DNA of 64,000 nt. Source: Minisyncoccota bacterium (lineage in GTDB: Bacteria > Patescibacteriota > Microgenomatia > UBA1400 > PJMF01). Shown here in pieces: positions 49,331-58,773 of the stretch. The stretch spans positions 4,343 to 68,342 of the forward strand of contig JABGTR010000022.1 of NCBI GenBank assembly GCA_018646985.1, read 5' to 3'. The number at the start of each line of letters is the position of its first letter. Position 1 is the first letter of the stretch. The notes under the pieces were generated by a model. It worked only from the letters and a program-made list of their open reading frames with translations. It searched no databases and had not been told where the DNA came from. The position numbers were made by a program, and so were the translations under genes.

Positions 49331-50233
49331 TTAATCCTCGAGGAGTTGCTTTAATGCTGAGACATTCTTGGCATCTGGTCCTTTTTTATCAGCCCCTGGC
49401 ACTTCTAATAACAATGGGATTTCTTTAGTTTGAGAATAATTGAGAAAATACTTTAAATCTGCCTGAGGAATAATCCCCTCTCCCAAGTTGGCGTGACGAT
49501 CTCGGCCTGAACCAAACTCATCTCGACTATCATTAACATGAATTACCTTCAAGCTGGACCATAGCTCCAAACGATTAATGGCCTCCAAAGCTGTTTCAGC
49601 TCTCACATTTTTAACTTCAGTTGGCTCTGCTATCAAAGAATCCTGCCCATCTTTCTGCTTGGCTTCTTCCCCTAGTGCATATCCAGCTGCATGCGCGTGA
49701 CAGGTATCAAAACACCAACCGAGCTTCGGAGAATCAACCTCGTCAAGCAACCATCTAATCTCTGCCAAATCACTATTTAACTTTCCATTTTGACCAGCTG
49801 AGTTTTCAATTAATAAAGTTGAGTTGGCTGAACTCTCATTTAAGAGCTGTTTAATCTCTGTTGCCACCTGTTCTCTAACTGTTTCCCAACCTCTACCCTG
49901 ATGACTGCCCAAATGCACGATTACTCCTGAACCTTTCACTAAGGCATCAAAGGCTAAATCATACTTTAAAGTGGCAAGTGATTTTTCTATTAGCTCAGGT
50001 TTATCAGAGGCTAAGTTCACTAAATAGATGGCATGGGTAAAGATTGATGAAACACCATATTTAGCTTGTTCTGCAAACATCTTATCGACATCATGATTGG
50101 CTAAATCTGTCTTTCTCCAAACCCGAGGACTGCCCGAAAACAACTGCAGACAATTGCAACCAATATCAGCCGCTCTCTTCGGGGTATTCTCTACCCCTCC
50201 AGCTGCTGAAACATGGGCACCAATCTGTTGCAT
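49331..50233 (-). CDS. nfo: Endonuclease IV
   Basis: IGAHVSAAGG, HAIYLVNLAS, ENSAGQ, CFDTCHAHAAGY, HVNDS, DRHANLGEG. Confidence 0.93.
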   Translation of the reverse strand: MQQIGAHVSAAGGVENTPKRAADIGCNCLQLFSGSPRVWRKTDLANHDVDKMFAEQAKYGVSSIFTHAIYLVNLASDKPELIEKSLATLKYDLAFDALVKGSGVIVHLGSHQGRGWETVREQVATEIKQLLNESSANSTLLIENSAGQNGKLNSDLAEIRWLLDEVDSPKLGWCFDTCHAHAAGYALGEEAKQKDGQDSLIAEPTEVKNVRAETALEAINRLELWSSLKVIHVNDSRDEFGSGRDRHANLGEGIIPQADLKYFLNYSQTKEIPLLLEVPGADKKGPDAKNVSALKQLLED

Positions 50234-50244
50234 ATAACTCTATT

Positions 50245-51561
50245 CTAGCGTGCTTGATACTGTTTAAATAGCTGAGCAAATAGCTCCGGGACCAACGCCA
50301 TCTGCTCTGGAGATTCTACATAAGAGATCCTCATTTGAGTCTGACCAGGATTACTAACTCCATCAGGTAACTCATAAAAGCCAGCCATTGGCGAAACTAA
50401 AAGAGTCAGCTGCTGACCATTGATATCTACCTTACCTTCACTAGCACAGTACATTGAAAAATCTTGAGCATCAAAACCGTCATCAACTAGCTGTCTGACA
50501 TCGACTACTGAGTATAAAGATGCATCAGGGTTAGATACAATCACTCCTGGTAAAATATGTTTTAATTTCGTAGTTAAATCAATTAACATCGGCGCATAGT
50601 AGGCTCGTTGTTTCTCATACCAATTCTGCAGGTCATCATGACTAACTTCAGCTAAACCACCAATTAACCAAGAAGCAATTACCGGCGGACATAAATTAGC
50701 GGTATTTTCTGCTACTGACTGTTGATGAAACTCTTCGTTGTCTGTTACCAACCAACCAATTCTAAAGCCACACCCATTCCACACCTTAGAAGCTGACTCA
50801 ATACTAATCCTGCGACCAGTGATTCCGGGCACTTCTGCCTCTGTCAGTGCCCAAACACTAGTGTTGGTATTTTCTCCTGTGTAGGATAATTCGCGATAAG
50901 CTTCATCACTTACCAGCCATAGATTGTGTTTAATCGCTAATTTGGCTAGTTTAATCATATTTTCTGGGCTATAAAGCTGACCAGTAGGATTATCAAACGG
51001 GATCACCACCATCGCACCTGGATTTTCTTTCTCAATTACTTCTTCGATCTCATCTATATTAGGCAGGGTAAATTCACCCTGATCACTCAAAGTTCTGGTG
51101 ACTGCAACCACTTTCCGCCCCACTCGACTCGCAAAAGAACGATAGTTTGAATAAGCCGGGTTGATCATTAAGAGTGGCCTTTCCTGACTTCCGGCTGGAC
51201 CGCAAACACCTAGGATCGCTAGCTCCATCGCATGAGAACCACCATCGGTGACTTGGGCATAGAGACCATCTGTCTTCAAATTACTGGAGGCAATCACGTT
51301 TAAAATAGCTTGACGGGTTTCATCCATCCCCACCGTAGCTGAATACTTCACGACCCCACCTTTAAAAGGGCTCTTATCCCCCATCAGGTTCTTCATTCTG
51401 TCTTGAATTTGAGGGTGAGTAGGTAGAGAAACATTCCCGATCGAACAATTAACTGCCTCTACTCCATCGGTGCGTTTATTAAACTCTATTTGAGTCAAAC
51501 GGACCGCAGACGGTTGGCGGGATTTAAATAATTTGGATAAAGAAGGGGTTTGGTTTTTCAT
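50245..51561 (-). CDS. PLP-dependent aminotransferase class I/II
   Basis: DNPTG, SDEAYREL, SASKVWNGCGFRIGW. Confidence 0.88.
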   Translation of the reverse strand: MKNQTPSLSKLFKSRQPSAVRLTQIEFNKRTDGVEAVNCSIGNVSLPTHPQIQDRMKNLMGDKSPFKGGVVKYSATVGMDETRQAILNVIASSNLKTDGLYAQVTDGGSHAMELAILGVCGPAGSQERPLLMINPAYSNYRSFASRVGRKVVAVTRTLSDQGEFTLPNIDEIEEVIEKENPGAMVVIPFDNPTGQLYSPENMIKLAKLAIKHNLWLVSDEAYRELSYTGENTNTSVWALTEAEVPGITGRRISIESASKVWNGCGFRIGWLVTDNEEFHQQSVAENTANLCPPVIASWLIGGLAEVSHDDLQNWYEKQRAYYAPMLIDLTTKLKHILPGVIVSNPDASLYSVVDVRQLVDDGFDAQDFSMYCASEGKVDINGQQLTLLVSPMAGFYELPDGVSNPGQTQMRISYVESPEQMALVPELFAQLFKQYQAR

Positions 51562-51572
51562 AGAAAACCAGT

Positions 51573-52886
51573 TTACCATACGAATAATGGAAATTTTTTA
51601 GCTAGCTTGATTACTTCTTCTCTAATTTCAAGCAGTCTTTGATCGTTTCTAACATTCTCTCTAAACTCTTTGATAAATTTACTGCGATCTTTTCTATCTT
51701 GAGGTAATTCATAATCCTTCACTATCTCCACCACCTGAGCAATCCAGCCCGCAATCTGATTCATCTCAGCTTCTTTCATCCCGCGCGTAGTCACTAGTGG
51801 TGTTCCCAGTCGAATCCCAGAAGGATAAAAGGGTGAGCAAGGCTCATGAGGAATACTATTGCGATTGGCGTACATGCCAGCCACATCCATTGCAAAAGCT
51901 ACTTGTGTTCCCAACCCAAAACCTTGTGGGGTTAAATCAATCAGCATTAAATGATTTTCAGTTCCATCTCCCACCAGCTTCAAGCCCTCATCCTGGAGAG
52001 ATTTAGCTAAAGCCTGTGCATTCGTCATTACCTGTTGCCCATAAGCTTTAAACTCTGGTTTCATCGCCTCCGCGGCCGCAATTGCAATCCCGGCAGTGGT
52101 GGCATTATGTGGACCTCCCTGGAGACCTGGAATAATGGCCATATCAATTTTACCTCCGAGGGTAGAGTCTCGCTCTAATCCTCGATCGGTGACCATAATC
52201 ATCGCCCCACGGGGACCACGGAAAGTCTTGTGAGTAGTAGACATAATTACATCTGCATATGGGACTGGCGAAGGATGCTCTCCCGCTATTATCAAGCCAG
52301 TGATGTGTGAAATATCTGCCAACAACCAAGCGCCCACCTCATCAGCAATCTCGCGGAACTTATCAAACTCTAAAATAAATGGATAAGCGGTAGTGCCGAC
52401 AATGATTAGCTTAGGTTTGTGCTCTAAAGCCAACTCACGCAATTTCTTAAAATCAATCCGCGCATTTTCATCTAGCTGGTACTGAACAGAGTTAAAATAC
52501 TTTCCAGAAAAAGTCACCCTAGGATGACCATGGGTTAAGTGCCCTCCACCAGACAAAGCTAAGCCCATCAAGGTATCCCCCGGCTCTAGAAGTGCAAACT
52601 CAATCGCACTATTGGCCGGCGAGCCAGAATATGGTTGTACATTCACATACGGCACCTTAAACAATTCTTTAATTCGATCTCGAGCCTCATTTTCTATTTT
52701 GTCTACTAATTGATTACCTTCATAGTAACGCCGTCCTGGATAGCCTTCAGCATACTTACTATTAAGAGTTGAAGATAAAACTTCTGACACCTCTGGAGAG
52801 ATGTGGTTCTCTGAAGGAATCAAGCCAATCATCTCTAGCTGGCGCTGCTCTTCTTGTTCAATATATTGATTAATTACGTCTGTCAT
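51573..52886 (-). CDS. glyA: Serine hydroxymethyltransferase
   Basis: LIPSEN, KYAEGYPGRRYYEG, GGHLTHG, TTHKTFRGPRG, SGIRLGTP. Confidence 0.97.
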   Translation of the reverse strand: MTDVINQYIEQEEQRQLEMIGLIPSENHISPEVSEVLSSTLNSKYAEGYPGRRYYEGNQLVDKIENEARDRIKELFKVPYVNVQPYSGSPANSAIEFALLEPGDTLMGLALSGGGHLTHGHPRVTFSGKYFNSVQYQLDENARIDFKKLRELALEHKPKLIIVGTTAYPFILEFDKFREIADEVGAWLLADISHITGLIIAGEHPSPVPYADVIMSTTHKTFRGPRGAMIMVTDRGLERDSTLGGKIDMAIIPGLQGGPHNATTAGIAIAAAEAMKPEFKAYGQQVMTNAQALAKSLQDEGLKLVGDGTENHLMLIDLTPQGFGLGTQVAFAMDVAGMYANRNSIPHEPCSPFYPSGIRLGTPLVTTRGMKEAEMNQIAGWIAQVVEIVKDYELPQDRKDRSKFIKEFRENVRNDQRLLEIREEVIKLAKKFPLFVW

Positions 52887-52892
52887 TCATCC

Positions 52893-52900
52893 AGTATACT
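52893..52900. promoter_or_regulatory. Bidirectional -10 element (AGTATACT) for divergent leaderless glyA and HD genes
   Basis: TATACT on both strands, 6 nt and 7 nt from the two ATGs, in a 21-bp gap. Confidence 0.6.
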
Positions 52901-52907
52901 ATGAGCA

Positions 52908-53528
52908 ATGAAGAAATCAGCTTTAATTCATCCCTACATCGAGCGTATTTTACGCCAAATTATTCTTAAAGATCTGGCTAACAAGGGCCGCCCTCATTGG
53001 GACAAGCCTCATACTGAAGCCGTAGTGCATTGGATGAAGTATTTATTAGAAAAAATTGATAATCCTCAACTCAACTCTAAGGTAATGATCACAGCCGCCT
53101 ATGCTCACGATTGGGGTTATATTAGCTTATTTAGCCAGAAAAAAATCTCCAGCATCAAAGAAGTCATTCCTTACAAAAAAGCTCACATGAAGCGCAGTGT
53201 AGAGTTGATTGAGCGCTTAATATCTCAGCGCTTACCAGGCTATTTTAGCCAGTCAGAACTACTGAAAATAACTCGTATTATTTCTGTCCATGATGATATT
53301 AAAAATATTTCTGATGAAGATGAAACCCTTCTTATGGAATGTGATGCGCTAGGAATGCTAGATTCAGAGTTAGCCCCACCCACTCTTTCAGCTAAAGAAA
53401 ATGATTACTTTATGAAACACAGCATCTATAAAATGCGACTACCAAAATTCACCCATCCAGAAGCTAAAGAGATTGCGGAGAAATTGATTGAGAAACGAGA
53501 AGAATTTTACTCATCCTTAGAGAAATAA
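52908..53528 (+). CDS. HD-domain phosphohydrolase
   Basis: HT...AAYAHDWG...H...VHDD...ECDALG. Confidence 0.8.
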   Translation: MKKSALIHPYIERILRQIILKDLANKGRPHWDKPHTEAVVHWMKYLLEKIDNPQLNSKVMITAAYAHDWGYISLFSQKKISSIKEVIPYKKAHMKRSVELIERLISQRLPGYFSQSELLKITRIISVHDDIKNISDEDETLLMECDALGMLDSELAPPTLSAKENDYFMKHSIYKMRLPKFTHPEAKEIAEKLIEKREEFYSSLEK

Positions 53529-54082
53529 CTCACCTGCTCATCATTAAAACCAAACTCTGAAATTTGCTTTTCTATTTCCTCATCAATTTTACCTTGCTTT
53601 TTCAAAATTCGACTCACATCACTGATTGTCTCTCGGACTTCATAGGGGAAAATTACCCATTGATCAGTTTCTACTTGCCAAAAATCTGGCTTAAACCTAC
53701 TAATTGGTTTTATATATGGAGCCAGTGTCACAATCTCTTGGGGCTGAAATTTCCGCAGATACTCCAGAGCTGCTTCAAAAGAGCTACCACTATCGATAAT
53801 CTCATCAACTAGCAAGATCTTCTCGTCCTTGATACTAGTTTTTAACTCTTCTAGAATTTTAGGCTGACTCAGTTTTCCAATTTCTTTATAAGCTACCATC
53901 ACAAAACTGGAAATCTTTAATCCTAAAAAATCAGATAGAAACCGAGCTACTATTGCTCCTCCTCGATCAATGCAGACAATCCGATCAAACTTTTGCCCAC
54001 TCGCCTCTACTTTTTTAGCCAACTCAAAAACATCTTGATGAAATTGTGACCAGGTTAAAGATAAAAAAGAAATTTGTGACAT
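53507..54082 (-). CDS. Type I phosphoribosyltransferase (purine-salvage type)
   Basis: CIDRGG, PRPP-binding loop ILLVDEIIDSGSS, WVIFPYE. Confidence 0.87.
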   Translation of the reverse strand: MSQISFLSLTWSQFHQDVFELAKKVEASGQKFDRIVCIDRGGAIVARFLSDFLGLKISSFVMVAYKEIGKLSQPKILEELKTSIKDEKILLVDEIIDSGSSFEAALEYLRKFQPQEIVTLAPYIKPISRFKPDFWQVETDQWVIFPYEVRETISDVSRILKKQGKIDEEIEKQISEFGFNDEQVSYFSKDE

Positions 54083-54098
54083 AAGGCCTTTCCTAGAT

Positions 54099-54899
54099 TT
54101 AGTTCAATCCTAACAAACTTACTGCTACTTGTTGATATCCACCGTAACCCTTCCTGTCTCTACGCTTTTGCCCTTCAATAGAAAAGTTAAATGCCAACTG
54201 AGATAATAGCTGAGGTGGAATAACTTTATTTGTAATCATCATTATCAAAAAATCATGAGGAATCTCTTTCCAAACTCTATGTCCCTCTATATAATTAGCA
54301 ACTCTTACAATTGCTCTATCGTCTGTAGCTAACTCAGCTAATTCAAACCCCGTATTAAAATTTATATTAAATGATTCTTCAATCTCTGCTTTTGTAGGTG
54401 GAGTACTAAACTCTGCCTGAATAACTAATCGGATCACCTGTCTATCACTTGATTGGAGCTGGTCTTCATGATCTTTCCAAAATAACTGAAAACCAAAAGA
54501 CAGTAGCCATTCTACAGTAATATTTTGATCACCCTCAACTTGCTCCCACTCAGCAATCACTGCTTCTCTAGCCTTAGCAACAACAGCTTCAAACTCTGGA
54601 TGGTCTTGATAACGACTGATCTTTAATCGTTGTTTATCATCCATCCCTCTATACTCAACATCAGATGAAATCACCATTAATATTCCCCCTGCAGGGATAT
54701 CACTCATTTGCCCTACCCGGAGTTTCCATAGCGCAGCTGCTAAATCACTTTCAGTTGGTTCAGCTTCACCAATAATTTTTTCGGCATTAACTGCCTGGGA
54801 CATAAGCCCATATGCTTCTTTAAAACCACGCACCACCTTTGTGGGGTTTCCGTTGGCATGAAGAACATCTGGTTTACCGGTCATATTTGACTCAATCAA
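54099..54899 (-). CDS. Hypothetical protein, possibly a divergent Maf/Ham1 (ITPase) fold
   Basis: LHANGNPTK, AALWK and MVISSDVEY echo Ham1/Maf motifs; start uncertain (TTG 54899 or a downstream ATG). Confidence 0.5.
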   Translation of the reverse strand: MIESNMTGKPDVLHANGNPTKVVRGFKEAYGLMSQAVNAEKIIGEAEPTESDLAAALWKLRVGQMSDIPAGGILMVISSDVEYRGMDDKQRLKISRYQDHPEFEAVVAKAREAVIAEWEQVEGDQNITVEWLLSFGFQLFWKDHEDQLQSSDRQVIRLVIQAEFSTPPTKAEIEESFNINFNTGFELAELATDDRAIVRVANYIEGHRVWKEIPHDFLIMMITNKVIPPQLLSQLAFNFSIEGQKRRDRKGYGGYQQVAVSLLGLN

Positions 54900-55072
54900 G
54901 TCAAAAAACCAAAATTAGTGAGTGAAAAAGTGTGTTTAAATAAAAAAAACACCCCTTCTTGTCTTTAGCTCGACTTGGTTTTCCTCTCCCCGATTTTGCG
55001 GGGCGGTTTGTGACTTGGGAGCGAAAGCAATTTTGAGATGCTATCGCAACTTATTATTTATATAAAGGTGAA

Positions 55073-55888
55073 TTATACAGACTTATTCAAAAAACTCAAA
55101 GCCTGTCGCAAATCCTCCGCTAGCTCAACCTCAAAACTAACTTTTTTACCAGTTCTAGGATGGATAAAATTAATTTGACTAGCGTGCAAAAACTGTCGTG
55201 GACACCAAACTTCATCGAGCTTAACCCGCTTTTTACCCACATACTTATCATCTCCCACTAGCGGATGTTTCCAATGCTTTAGATGAACTCTAATTTGATG
55301 AGTACGGCCAGTTTTAGGCCAACAGTTAACTAATGAAAATCCCTGATAGGAAGAGAGATTTTTCTTAAATTCCTTCAACTTCTCCAAGCCTTGGTCATTT
55401 AAATCGGGATAATAATCAATTACCTTATATTCAGTAGTTGCTGATCTGCCATCCGAAGAAACATCAAATTTCTGACGATTTGTTCTAGATCTCCCCAGTG
55501 GAGCAATAATATTCCCCTGTGGAACTCTAAACTTGCCATGAGCCAAGCAAGTATATTTTTTACTAGTTTTTCTCTCACGAAACTGAGCCAATAAATTCAC
55601 CAAAGAACCAGGGTTTTTAGCCGCTACCATAACTCCACTAGTATCTTTATCTAGGCGATGAACCAAGCCAGCTCGCTCTTTAAAAATCTCTTCAACCGTT
55701 CCATACTCATTATTGAAATCAGCCGGCACTAACTCTTTCCAATCATCAGAAACATTCTGAGCAGTTTTCTCTACTAGCCAATCTTGTAAACTAGGCTCTT
55801 TTACTGATTGAGCGCTATTTGATACCATTCCCGCTGGTTTATTCACTACCAATATGTCTTGATCTTCAAAAATTATTTCAACCTTCAT
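55073..55888 (-). CDS. RluA/RluD-family pseudouridine synthase (no S4 domain)
   Basis: VVNKPAGM, VHRLDKDTSG, TGRTHQIRVH, LVGDDKY, FLHA. Confidence 0.92.
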   Translation of the reverse strand: MKVEIIFEDQDILVVNKPAGMVSNSAQSVKEPSLQDWLVEKTAQNVSDDWKELVPADFNNEYGTVEEIFKERAGLVHRLDKDTSGVMVAAKNPGSLVNLLAQFRERKTSKKYTCLAHGKFRVPQGNIIAPLGRSRTNRQKFDVSSDGRSATTEYKVIDYYPDLNDQGLEKLKEFKKNLSSYQGFSLVNCWPKTGRTHQIRVHLKHWKHPLVGDDKYVGKKRVKLDEVWCPRQFLHASQINFIHPRTGKKVSFEVELAEDLRQALSFLNKSV

Positions 55889-56267
55889 AGCGACCTTTAA
55901 ATTCTTTTATTAATAACAAAATAAGTGAGATGAAGAGATAAAAATCAGCTAAATTATTTTTGATCTCCAGATAAGGCAATGAAATCCAATCAATCACTCC
56001 TCCAAAAAAAATTCGATCTAACAAATTAGAAATAACTCCTGCCCAAAAAAGTCCATAAATTGCTGGATGTCGCCGCCACTCTTTCTTCAATAAATAAGCA
56101 ATGGCAATTGCTAAAAAAACTAATAGTACGGTCATTGTTTCACTTGATAACTCACTCAACCAACCAAAGGAAATTCCAGAGTTAAGATCAGTCTCAAGAT
56201 ATGCAGCTGCTATCAATTTGCTAATCTGATCTAACACTAAAGATATTAAAAAAACTGGCCAGAACAT
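55878..56267 (-). CDS. lspA: Signal peptidase II
   Basis: LDQISK, NSGISFG, SNLLDR, GVIDWI, NNLAD. Confidence 0.85.
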   Translation of the reverse strand: MFWPVFLISLVLDQISKLIAAAYLETDLNSGISFGWLSELSSETMTVLLVFLAIAIAYLLKKEWRRHPAIYGLFWAGVISNLLDRIFFGGVIDWISLPYLEIKNNLADFYLFISLILLLIKEFKGRYEG

Positions 56268-56268
56268 A

Positions 56269-57063
56269 TTAATTTTTGTTATTTTTAAAAATTATTAATC
56301 TACCCGACTTAATATACATCATCACTCCTCCAAACAGAGCCATTGCTCCATAAACCAGATAATCTAATCCAAACTGATTAATTTCAAGTTGGGCTGGCCT
56401 AACAAACCTCATGAGTAGCATTGATAGTCCAGTAACTATTAAGAAAATAGAAGTCAAAAAGCCAGTCTGAGCTGTCTTTTTACCAGCTCGATACCAGAGG
56501 AAAGTTCGGTAGTGATACTCTGCCCAGTACAAATAAATATAAAGTCCTAAATAAACCAAGGCCCCGTATAACTGTGTGGGGTGGTGTTTTACAAAAACAC
56601 CAGGGAAAACCATCCCCCAAGGTAACTGCGTTTCATAACCAAATCCTACTCCCATAAAAAAGTTACCTAATTGCCTGAAAACCATTCCTGCAGAAATAGC
56701 TAAAAACCAAAAATCAAGTACCTCGAACCGATCCCATTTCTTTTTACCTGCATAACGATAAAGGTAAATTGAAGCTCCCAACAAACTAAATATTTCCAAG
56801 CTTCCAGGACGATTGATCACATCAAACCAGTTCCAAATATTTTTTCCCAACTCCCCAAAATTAAATAATACAAATCCTAGCCTACCTACCAACAAACCCA
56901 TCACGCTAGCTAATAAAAATGCGTCGAAGACTTGATCTTGATGATAGTGTTCTTCTCTTGTTTTGCGCCAATATACAAAAGCAGTGGTTAGAAAAGCCAA
57001 TAAATTAAAAATGCTCCCCATGCTAATAGCAACTGAGCCGATGTTGATGAACGTTGGATACAT
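56269..57063 (-). CDS. lgt: Prolipoprotein diacylglyceryl transferase (divergent)
   Basis: MYPTF, RQLGNFF, LPWGMVFP, HPTQLY; adjacent to lspA. Confidence 0.8.
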   Translation of the reverse strand: MYPTFINIGSVAISMGSIFNLLAFLTTAFVYWRKTREEHYHQDQVFDAFLLASVMGLLVGRLGFVLFNFGELGKNIWNWFDVINRPGSLEIFSLLGASIYLYRYAGKKKWDRFEVLDFWFLAISAGMVFRQLGNFFMGVGFGYETQLPWGMVFPGVFVKHHPTQLYGALVYLGLYIYLYWAEYHYRTFLWYRAGKKTAQTGFLTSIFLIVTGLSMLLMRFVRPAQLEINQFGLDYLVYGAMALFGGVMMYIKSGRLIIFKNNKN

Positions 57064-57088
57064 GATCTTTATTGTATACTATACCCCT

Positions 57089-57535
57089 ATGTTATCGATA
57101 TCTCATACCTTAACTGGCGCTTTCATCGCTAGTAAATTACCTCATCCCGCACTTTATATCCCCCTCACTCTTGCCAGCCACTACTTTGAAGACTGGGTTC
57201 CTCACTGGGATGTCGGTACTGGGCTCAGCAATGGAAAAAGAAAAAGAAAAACTGCTTTTTTACTGGAAATAGTGGATTTAGCCATCAGCCTCGCTGCAAT
57301 TTATTATTTCTGGCAATCTGGGCAAAATGAAATCCAATACCACATTTGGATTGGAGCTTTCGTGGGCTTAGTCCCAGATTTTTTAGAAGCACCACGTAAT
57401 TTTCTCAAATGGGAGCCTTGGTTTTTAAAACCACTCAATAACTTCCACCATCTATTCCACAACTCAACGACAAATATGGTATTAGGCCTAACACCGCAAT
57501 TCATTACCGTGGGATTAATTTGGCTGCTAAAGTAA
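57089..57535 (+). CDS. Membrane protein, metal-dependent hydrolase-like
   Basis: SHTLTG, SHYFEDWVPHWD, PDF, FHHLFH; start moved to ATG 57089. Confidence 0.7.
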   Translation: MLSISHTLTGAFIASKLPHPALYIPLTLASHYFEDWVPHWDVGTGLSNGKRKRKTAFLLEIVDLAISLAAIYYFWQSGQNEIQYHIWIGAFVGLVPDFLEAPRNFLKWEPWFLKPLNNFHHLFHNSTTNMVLGLTPQFITVGLIWLLK

Positions 57536-57838
57536 AGTTATCTTAATTCTCTTCCCCATCGCTGCTGCCATATTCATCAGTGTTTGAAGAGTGGGGTTAT
57601 AACTTCCTGATTCTACCTTGGTGATAGTAGTCCGAGGCATTGATGCTTTTTTGGCCAAATCAGCTTGAGTTAATCCTTGTTCTGTTCTAGTTTTCTTTAA
57701 AGACTGGAGGGCATCATAATATGCAATCTCACTCTCCACCATTCTATTTTGCTCATCAGTAAAGTCTTTACTGAATTCACTCCAAGGAATAGTGTTTTTC
57801 TTAATGTAATCCTGTTGCTTCTTACTCATTTTTTTCAT
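57527..57838 (-). CDS. XRE-family HTH antitoxin (HigA-like)
   Basis: RTEQGLTQADLAKKASMPRTTITKVESGSYNPTLQTL. Confidence 0.87.
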   Translation of the reverse strand: MKKMSKKQQDYIKKNTIPWSEFSKDFTDEQNRMVESEIAYYDALQSLKKTRTEQGLTQADLAKKASMPRTTITKVESGSYNPTLQTLMNMAAAMGKRIKITLL

Positions 57839-58152
57839 AGGTATTCCTCCAATCTTTTACGTGCTTTTACTATTTCTCTAGAAGGTGTTTTGTTAGTTTT
57901 TTTCTGAAATACTGATAATAAAATTACATGATTATCCCAAATGTACGCATAAAGAACTCGCCATTGGCTTCCAACTTTAACTCTAATTTCAAATAATTTG
58001 TCATCTATTTTCTTACCAAATGGATCTATCAACTTCCCATCTCTAGACAAAATCATCACTCTAGAATCAATTTTAGCTCTGATATTTTTAGATAATTTCT
58101 TAAATTCTTTCTGTGCTGACTTAGCAACTATTACTTTTTTATTCACTCGCAT
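57835..58152 (-). CDS. RelE/ParE-superfamily toxin (HigB/Gp49-like)
   Basis: LFEIRV, WRVLY, LLSVFQKKTNKTP.REI; toxin precedes the HTH gene; ATG at 58152. Confidence 0.87.
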   Translation of the reverse strand: MRVNKKVIVAKSAQKEFKKLSKNIRAKIDSRVMILSRDGKLIDPFGKKIDDKLFEIRVKVGSQWRVLYAYIWDNHVILLSVFQKKTNKTPSREIVKARKRLEEYL

Positions 58153-58209
58153 ATTGTTCCTTAAAAAGAACATTTTGTCAATCAGTAGAAAGTGAAAGTA
58201 GGTTATTTC

Positions 58210-58259
58210 TGCAGGAACTAGTGGACTCCTGTCCGCCTTGGGCGGGGTGTTGGAACCTA
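58210..58259 (-). repeat. tRNA 3'-end-like repeat, copy 1, interrupted by a 24-bp CCGCC-TTG-GGCGG insert
   Basis: TGCAGGAACTAGTGGACTC-[24 bp]-GAACCTA; matches copy 2 at 58774-58799. Confidence 0.7.
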
Positions 58260-58724
58260 TCTCAACCAATCTTTAATTGCCATCAGTATTTGATTGTTGT
58301 CTTCATAAACCACAGCCATTAAGCCTGCCTCTTTTGCTGCCTCTACATTATCTTTAGTATCATCAATGAATATTACTTGACTTGGCTTAACCTCAAGCCT
58401 CTCACAAAGAATATTGTATGCTTTCGGATCAGTCTTCAAAAAACCAATCATTGGGACATTAAACACATCCTTAAACACCGTCCTAACCCTATCTATAATC
58501 TCAGGTGCACTTTGCACTTTTCCAGTCGTAAAAACATACTTATCTATGTCTAATTTCACTAGTTCATCTAATAAATCCTCATTTAGAGAAAAATAATCGT
58601 TAAAGTTTTTGTTCGTGCTCAAAATCTGATCATAAAGCTTATTCAATCCCCCCTGATAACTATTATCTTTAGGAAAAAGTTGAACTTTTGAAAAATCTGA
58701 AATTAATATTTTTTTCATACTCAC
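58257..58724 (-). CDS. HAD-superfamily hydrolase (degenerate motif I)
   Basis: ISDFSKV, KTDPKAY, IFIDDTKDNVEAAKEAG. Confidence 0.82.
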   Translation of the reverse strand: MSMKKILISDFSKVQLFPKDNSYQGGLNKLYDQILSTNKNFNDYFSLNEDLLDELVKLDIDKYVFTTGKVQSAPEIIDRVRTVFKDVFNVPMIGFLKTDPKAYNILCERLEVKPSQVIFIDDTKDNVEAAKEAGLMAVVYEDNNQILMAIKDWLR

Positions 58725-58739
58725 ATCATATCACATATT

Positions 58740-58767
58740 AAAAAAGACCTATTTAAAGGTCTTTATT
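58740..58767 (-). terminator. Intrinsic terminator downstream of tRNA-Leu and the tRNA fragment
   Basis: Minus strand AAAGACCT-TTAAAT-AGGTCTTT followed by TTT. Confidence 0.7.
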
Positions 58768-58773
58768 GCCGTT

